Shown here: positions 59,606-64,000 of the stretch, in pieces
Layout: each line of letters begins with the position of its first letter
Numbering within the stretch: the stretch's first letter is position 1
From: Candidatus Gorgyraea atricola
GTDB taxonomy: Bacteria; Omnitrophota; Gorgyraeia; Gorgyraeales; Gorgyraeaceae
Length of the DNA stretch: 64,000 nt
NCBI GenBank assembly: GCA_030765235.1
Contig: JAVCCW010000010.1
Span: 94,907-158,906, forward strand
Direction: 5' to 3'
Position numbers and translations under genes: made by a program
The notes under the pieces: model-generated
Told to the model about the DNA's origin: nothing
Database searches by the model: none
Seen by the model: the letters and a program-made list of their open reading frames with translations, nothing else

Positions 59606-60760
59606 CTATTTTTTAGATGTCCTTTTGAATGTCTCAAGCGATGCAGCGCGGGCATGGGCTACTTCGCAAAAATAATCTACCGGCTTATCTAATTCTCCTG
59701 TCTCTAAATGAGCGTGTGCTGGACACCAGGTACAGAGATTGATGATAGGGCAGATCCGGCATTTCTTCAAAAAATCTTCTCTTTTTGAGCGTTTATCCCT
59801 CACCCGAAGGACAAAATTCCGATATGCTTCAAGTAATGTCCCATTCTTAAGGTCATAGACACAATCCGGATGCCAGAGCGAAGAGCAAAGTCGGAAAAAA
59901 CCGTCATAGCTTACCGCAAAACTGCCGTTGCCTGCGCCGCAATGAAAGAGATGATCACAGTTAGTGTGAGCAAAATCAGGGTCAATGAACTTGCCGCAAG
60001 ATTCTTCTAATGCCTTGAAACGTTCTGAGTCATTTTTTTCAATTGAAACTATCTCTTCAGGAAGAAGCCGCTCGGATCTTATTTCTTTATTTCTTCCTGT
60101 ATCACCGTCAAAACGAAGATGCAAAAACGGATCAAAACGGAAATAATCCTTGGTCTTTTGCCTGCAAAATTGAGAAATAACAGTTAATTCATGGATGTTT
60201 GAACGCAGGGCCATTGTCTTAAGGCGCACCTTGATCTTGTTTTTGAGCAGAAGATCTAAGCCTTTCATAAAAGCATTGAAGGAGCCTGGATTTCTGGTTA
60301 CCTTCTCATAGGTTCCTTTAGTCGCGCCGTATACTGTTACTTCAATGTTGCGCGGCGGGTACCTTTTGAAAAATTTAATGTGTCTTTCTGTTATCAATGT
60401 AGCGTTAGTAAAAACCGAGACTAAAAGGCCTTTTTTCTTGAGATGCAGATATATATCAAAAAAATCTTCCCTTAAAAGAGGTTCGCCTCCTGTAATCAGG
60501 CACCACAATGCTCCTAAATCAGCTGCCTCGTCAATGATATTCTTTATCTGCTGAAACTTGAGCTCTTTTGATTTCGCGCAAGAATCTCCTGCTGGTAAAT
60601 TTATATAGCAGTGTCTGCAATTATTGTTACAGCGCGCGGCAATCTCTAAGTCAAAAGAGATAAGCTGCCTATTATTCTTCATCTTGTTCCAAAGGGAAAA
60701 CCGAGGCAAGGAAACTCGGGACACAAAAGATCTTTTCATGATATCAAACTCTTGATCCAA
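59606..60760 (-). CDS. radical SAM/SPASM domain protein 2
   Basis: CNNNCRHC, TGGEPLLR, CGAG...DGFFRLC and CRIC..C..C...C motifs. Confidence 0.92.
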   Translation of the reverse strand: MDQEFDIMKRSFVSRVSLPRFSLWNKMKNNRQLISFDLEIAARCNNNCRHCYINLPAGDSCAKSKELKFQQIKNIIDEAADLGALWCLITGGEPLLREDFFDIYLHLKKKGLLVSVFTNATLITERHIKFFKRYPPRNIEVTVYGATKGTYEKVTRNPGSFNAFMKGLDLLLKNKIKVRLKTMALRSNIHELTVISQFCRQKTKDYFRFDPFLHLRFDGDTGRNKEIRSERLLPEEIVSIEKNDSERFKALEESCGKFIDPDFAHTNCDHLFHCGAGNGSFAVSYDGFFRLCSSLWHPDCVYDLKNGTLLEAYRNFVLRVRDKRSKREDFLKKCRICPIINLCTWCPAHAHLETGELDKPVDYFCEVAHARAASLETFKRTSKK

Positions 60761-61224
60761 AAAATAAAAGATAATAATCTTGTCTTGCTCAAAAAAGCAA
60801 TTATAAACCGTTCCAGGCCAAAACCAAGTTGAGTTTTCCTGCCTGCCCTTTCTACTTTCGACACAACGCCTAAAATGTCCTTCATTGGAATCAAACCGTC
60901 AGTCTCAACAGAGTTATCTCCTTTTATAAGATAATAATCGCCTTTTTTACCTACTACTCTATGAATAACAAGCCTCCCTGTCTGAGCGTGGATAAAAGCT
61001 ACTGGCTTACCAAAACCTATTGGATGATCAAGCAGCGGGGAAATAGTAACTACATCGCCATTTTTAATAAACGGTGACATGCTAAAACCCATAGCCTTAA
61101 ACCTAAAAGGAATTCTCATGCCAGTGGCAGCTTGAAGCAATCCAGTCATTGCTTCCCCTGAAAGAGAAAGTTCTTCTTCAGGAACTACGCAATATCCTGC
61201 TTTAATCTCGCTTGACTTCAACAA
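60736..61224 (-). CDS. S24/S26 peptidase-like protein, candidate leader peptidase
   Basis: GFSMSPFIKNGD (catalytic Ser), VIHRV and KGDN motifs. Confidence 0.8.
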   Translation of the reverse strand: MLKSSEIKAGYCVVPEEELSLSGEAMTGLLQAATGMRIPFRFKAMGFSMSPFIKNGDVVTISPLLDHPIGFGKPVAFIHAQTGRLVIHRVVGKKGDYYLIKGDNSVETDGLIPMKDILGVVSKVERAGRKTQLGFGLERFIIAFLSKTRLLSFIFWIKSLIS

Positions 61225-61504
61225 GCATTCTCCTTTTGAGTAATTCTTCGACCAGCCCTAATACATCTTTTTCTATTTCTATCTTAGATGATTCAAATTC
61301 TGCCCCCAGATCATCCGCTAAATCTTTTAAGCTTTTTTTTCCATCTATCCTGCGCCAAATTGCCTGTCCGGTCTCATTGAGACTAAATATCGCATCTTCT
61401 AAATCCGCTACCCCTGAAGTTATGGGAATAATAATAAACTCTCCTTGTATCTCTCGCGCGACTATATCTTCAGACGGTTTATAAACACTTTCGATGTGGC
61501 CCAT
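61202..61504 (-). CDS. PqqD family protein / RiPP recognition element
   Basis: VAREIQGE and FSLNETGQAIWRRIDGKKSL...DVLGLVEEL motifs. Confidence 0.9.
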   Translation of the reverse strand: MGHIESVYKPSEDIVAREIQGEFIIIPITSGVADLEDAIFSLNETGQAIWRRIDGKKSLKDLADDLGAEFESSKIEIEKDVLGLVEELLKRRMLVEVKRD

Positions 61505-61525
61505 AAATACCTCCTTCGTTTTCGG

Positions 61526-62698
61526 TTATTTTGTAAATTTCCTGATCCGATCCTTCCCGTCCTTGATCTCCCATGCCATTTCACCTTCTTTTATCAGGCC
61601 CAGAAATCTTGCCTGAGCATGGGCAATTTCACAATAATATTCTACCGGCGTATCTAAGGTGCCGCTTTCTAAGCAGGATTTTGCAGGACATTGCGCGCAC
61701 AGGCCTTTTAAAAAACATTTAGCACAGCGATTTAAATAATCAGGATTGATAGCTTTTATCTCTCTTACTTTTGGAAAAAAATTAATCAGCGCATCTTTAA
61801 GAGAACCCTTTTTAAGATCATAGACTGTCTCCTTCTGTCTAAGCAACATACAGGGCTGAAACATACCATAAGCATCCACGCATCCGCTGGCACGGCCGGC
61901 CCCGCAGGAAAAAAGTCTATCACCAGATGGCCGCATAAATTTTGAGCAAAATTCTTTCATATTATTAAGGTATCTATTTTTTTGGCGGGTAAGAACTCTA
62001 AGTCCCTGCTCTGGCGTAACTCTGAGTTTTTTAATTGATTCATTTTTCCGACTATCATACCTGCGCCGCAGGTTAAAAAACATAGAATAAGGCGGCGATT
62101 TGCCTATCCATGGAATATTTTTAGCCCATTTCTCGAATTCATCGATTTCATCTTTGTTAGGCGGCAGTAACGAGCTTTTCACTATAAAAGGGGTCTTTTT
62201 CTCCAGTAGTAAATTTATGCCCCGCCAGGCCGCTTCAAATGAACCGGAAACCCTGGTTACGCCTTCATACGAGGCCTTTCTCATCCCGTAAACTGTAACC
62301 TCCACTTTTTCTAAGGGCGGGATATGACTCAATAGATCAGCTAATTTAGACGTAATCAAAGTGGCATTGGTAAAAAGCAATACCTTTAAACCAAGCTTCC
62401 TCGCGAAAACATATAATTCCTCAAAATCATCCCTTAAAAGCGGCTCCCCTCCTGTAAACCGTACTGTAAGGCAATCCAGAGAAACTGCTTCCTTGAGAAT
62501 ATTTTTTATCTGACTAGTAGATAACTCTTTATCTTTGGCATTCAAATCACCTTCCGGCAGATTTATGCAGCAGTGAATACAGTTATTATTACAGCGTTCG
62601 GTAAGTTCTATATCCAAACTACCTAAAACTGGCATGCTATTCTTCCACAATAAAGCTTTACTTGTTTCCTGTTTTTTAACGTAAAGACTGCTCTTCAT
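61526..62698 (-). CDS. radical SAM/SPASM domain protein 1
   Basis: CNNNCIHC, TGGEPLLR, CGAG...GMFQPC and CAKC..C..C...C motifs. Confidence 0.92.
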   Translation of the reverse strand: MKSSLYVKKQETSKALLWKNSMPVLGSLDIELTERCNNNCIHCCINLPEGDLNAKDKELSTSQIKNILKEAVSLDCLTVRFTGGEPLLRDDFEELYVFARKLGLKVLLFTNATLITSKLADLLSHIPPLEKVEVTVYGMRKASYEGVTRVSGSFEAAWRGINLLLEKKTPFIVKSSLLPPNKDEIDEFEKWAKNIPWIGKSPPYSMFFNLRRRYDSRKNESIKKLRVTPEQGLRVLTRQKNRYLNNMKEFCSKFMRPSGDRLFSCGAGRASGCVDAYGMFQPCMLLRQKETVYDLKKGSLKDALINFFPKVREIKAINPDYLNRCAKCFLKGLCAQCPAKSCLESGTLDTPVEYYCEIAHAQARFLGLIKEGEMAWEIKDGKDRIRKFTK

Positions 62699-62721
62699 TT
62701 GCTTATAAATTCCTTACATGA

Positions 62722-62913
62722 CTAAGAAGTTACATTCCCATCACAGTCAGCACAAACTTCCGGCATCTTACAAACGCTGTATGCTGTGCCTGCGAAGATG
62801 CTACTCTCTTCATCCTTTTCCTTGCAAGCTATCAGAACACCCTCCTCTGGTTTGCCTCTCATCAGCACAATCAGTTTTGGTCTCTCCCATTTTTTCTTCG
62901 CTTCTCTCTTCAT
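62722..62913 (-). CDS. putative RiPP precursor peptide 1 (63 aa)
   Basis: GGAGGT RBS; KKKWERPKL leader; four Cys; paralog at 62959. Confidence 0.82.
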   Translation of the reverse strand: MKREAKKKWERPKLIVLMRGKPEEGVLIACKEKDEESSIFAGTAYSVCKMPEVCADCDGNVTS

Positions 62914-62958
62914 TTTTACCTCCAATAAGTGCTAATAGTAAGGGAACAAGAACTATGG

Positions 62959-63150
62959 TCACGACGTCACAAGGACGTCACACCTCAGGTTAGCGCATAG
63001 ATCCACTCTAAAACATGATGCAAACGCGTTATCAGGGCCGATCATGCCGGGAAAAGTCTTGCAGCTCTGCAACACCCACTCTTCAGGTTTCCCTTTGGTT
63101 AAAATAATCAGCTTCGGCTTTTCCCATTTTTTCTTAGCTTCTTTCTTCAT
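62959..63150 (-). CDS. putative RiPP precursor peptide 2 (63 aa)
   Basis: KKKWEKPKL leader; four Cys; shared CDxxVTS end. Confidence 0.82.
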   Translation of the reverse strand: MKKEAKKKWEKPKLIILTKGKPEEWVLQSCKTFPGMIGPDNAFASCFRVDLCANLRCDVLVTS

Positions 63151-63180
63151 CTTTACCGCTTCCTCTGCATCCAACCTGCT

Positions 63181-64000
63181 CTACATCTGCCTCAAGGCAT
63201 CCACTATTTCTCCGCTTTTGTCAAAACGTAGAACATAAACAGGGACTCTTGCGGCTAAATTATCTATAACCAACAATGTCTTCTCCCACCAATCTACAGT
63301 TACAAATGGCCTTATCAAACAAGATAAGAGTTTTCTCACTATCTCTTTCTTGTCCTCAATACGCAAAATTTTATTTTCCAATGACTTCTCCAGAAAGAAA
63401 ATAGCTTTCAGCGCAGCAGAATTACTTGAGATATCAGGTATATCGCCGTGACTCCACGTCCCATAGATCCTAAACTTGCCTGCTTTTCTTCTTACGATCA
63501 TCCTGTCATCGCAAAGTATCTCGGCTTTTCCTTTTAACATTGTTGCCATTGTAGACTTACCTGCTTCAGAGTGCCCGGCAAAAAGCAGGCCCTTGCCTTC
63601 AAAATTAACACCGCAGGAATGCAAATAGCAGCCTTCTCTATCAGCTAAAATTCTTGCAAAGAGTATCTGATCAGTAGGGAACATAGTCAGAGAGTGCAGA
63701 TTCCCTCTTAAGAACATTTCTTTCTTATCGTTATAGATCCTGGCCCTGGTATGGCCTGAGTTAAATGTCGCAACGCAATGTGGACTTTTTCTATTCCCAT
63801 CTGGATAAATAACCCCAGAATAAATCCATGAGCCGTTATTTTTATATATTGCCCAAGGGGACCTGCAGTAAACCTCTTCGCCAAAATTCCTGCCGTTTAA
63901 ATCCGGCAGAGAAAAATGATGCCGGATATAAATAGTATCTTCTCTATGTCCATCAACCTCAAATTTTTTGAATTTGGAATGGAATGTTTGCTCATTTATC
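63181..64000 (-). CDS. HPr-kinase-like P-loop protein (5' end probably outside the window)
   Basis: YLHSCGV...AGHSEAGKST...LCDDR motifs; the frame stays open well upstream of the ATG at 63717. Confidence 0.78.
   Translation of the reverse strand, partial: INEQTFHSKFKKFEVDGHREDTIYIRHHFSLPDLNGRNFGEEVYCRSPWAIYKNNGSWIYSGVIYPDGNRKSPHCVATFNSGHTRARIYNDKKEMFLRGNLHSLTMFPTDQILFARILADREGCYLHSCGVNFEGKGLLFAGHSEAGKSTMATMLKGKAEILCDDRMIVRRKAGKFRIYGTWSHGDIPDISSNSAALKAIFFLEKSLENKILRIEDKKEIVRKLLSCLIRPFVTVDWWEKTLLVIDNLAARVPVYVLRFDKSGEIVDALRQM

Noticed and set aside
57900-64000. PQQ biosynthesis or a classical lasso peptide cluster
   Set aside because: No PqqA ExxxY motif, no pqqB/C and no lasso cyclase in the window, though upstream genes are not visible

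Overview
A 64-kb bacterial chromosomal segment with almost all genes on the minus strand. The gene set and style suggest a diderm, possibly Omnitrophota/PVC-like organism (inference only). Core genes: ppdK, glyQS, recO, ybeY, aspS, hisS, HU, dnaE, GuaB3-type IMPDH, a MoxR/DUF58 operon, groESL with CIRCE, cobalamin uptake (btuB with riboswitch, btuFCD, cobO), glycolipid genes, lipAB, hisD, alaS, degP, recA, cinA/thpR, a RelE/Phd toxin-antitoxin pair, pgsA/pgpA, rimO, rodZ, ftsK, uppP, pnp and rpsO. Two things stand out. (1) Many gene junctions hold palindromes built from tandem 7-10-nt units, in several unrelated sequence families. One family occurs both empty (two copies) and filled with a four-helix-bundle gene, and one empty copy shares the filled copy's inner junctions. 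Other palindromes and heptamer runs sit in-frame inside proteins. (2) The right end holds a RiPP-like cluster: two paralogous 63-aa Cys-containing precursors, two radical SAM/SPASM enzymes, a PqqD-type RRE, an S24/S26-type peptidase, an HPr-kinase-like protein and an ABC exporter. No rRNA, tRNA or CRISPR array was recognised. All calls come from motif recognition by eye; no searches were run.
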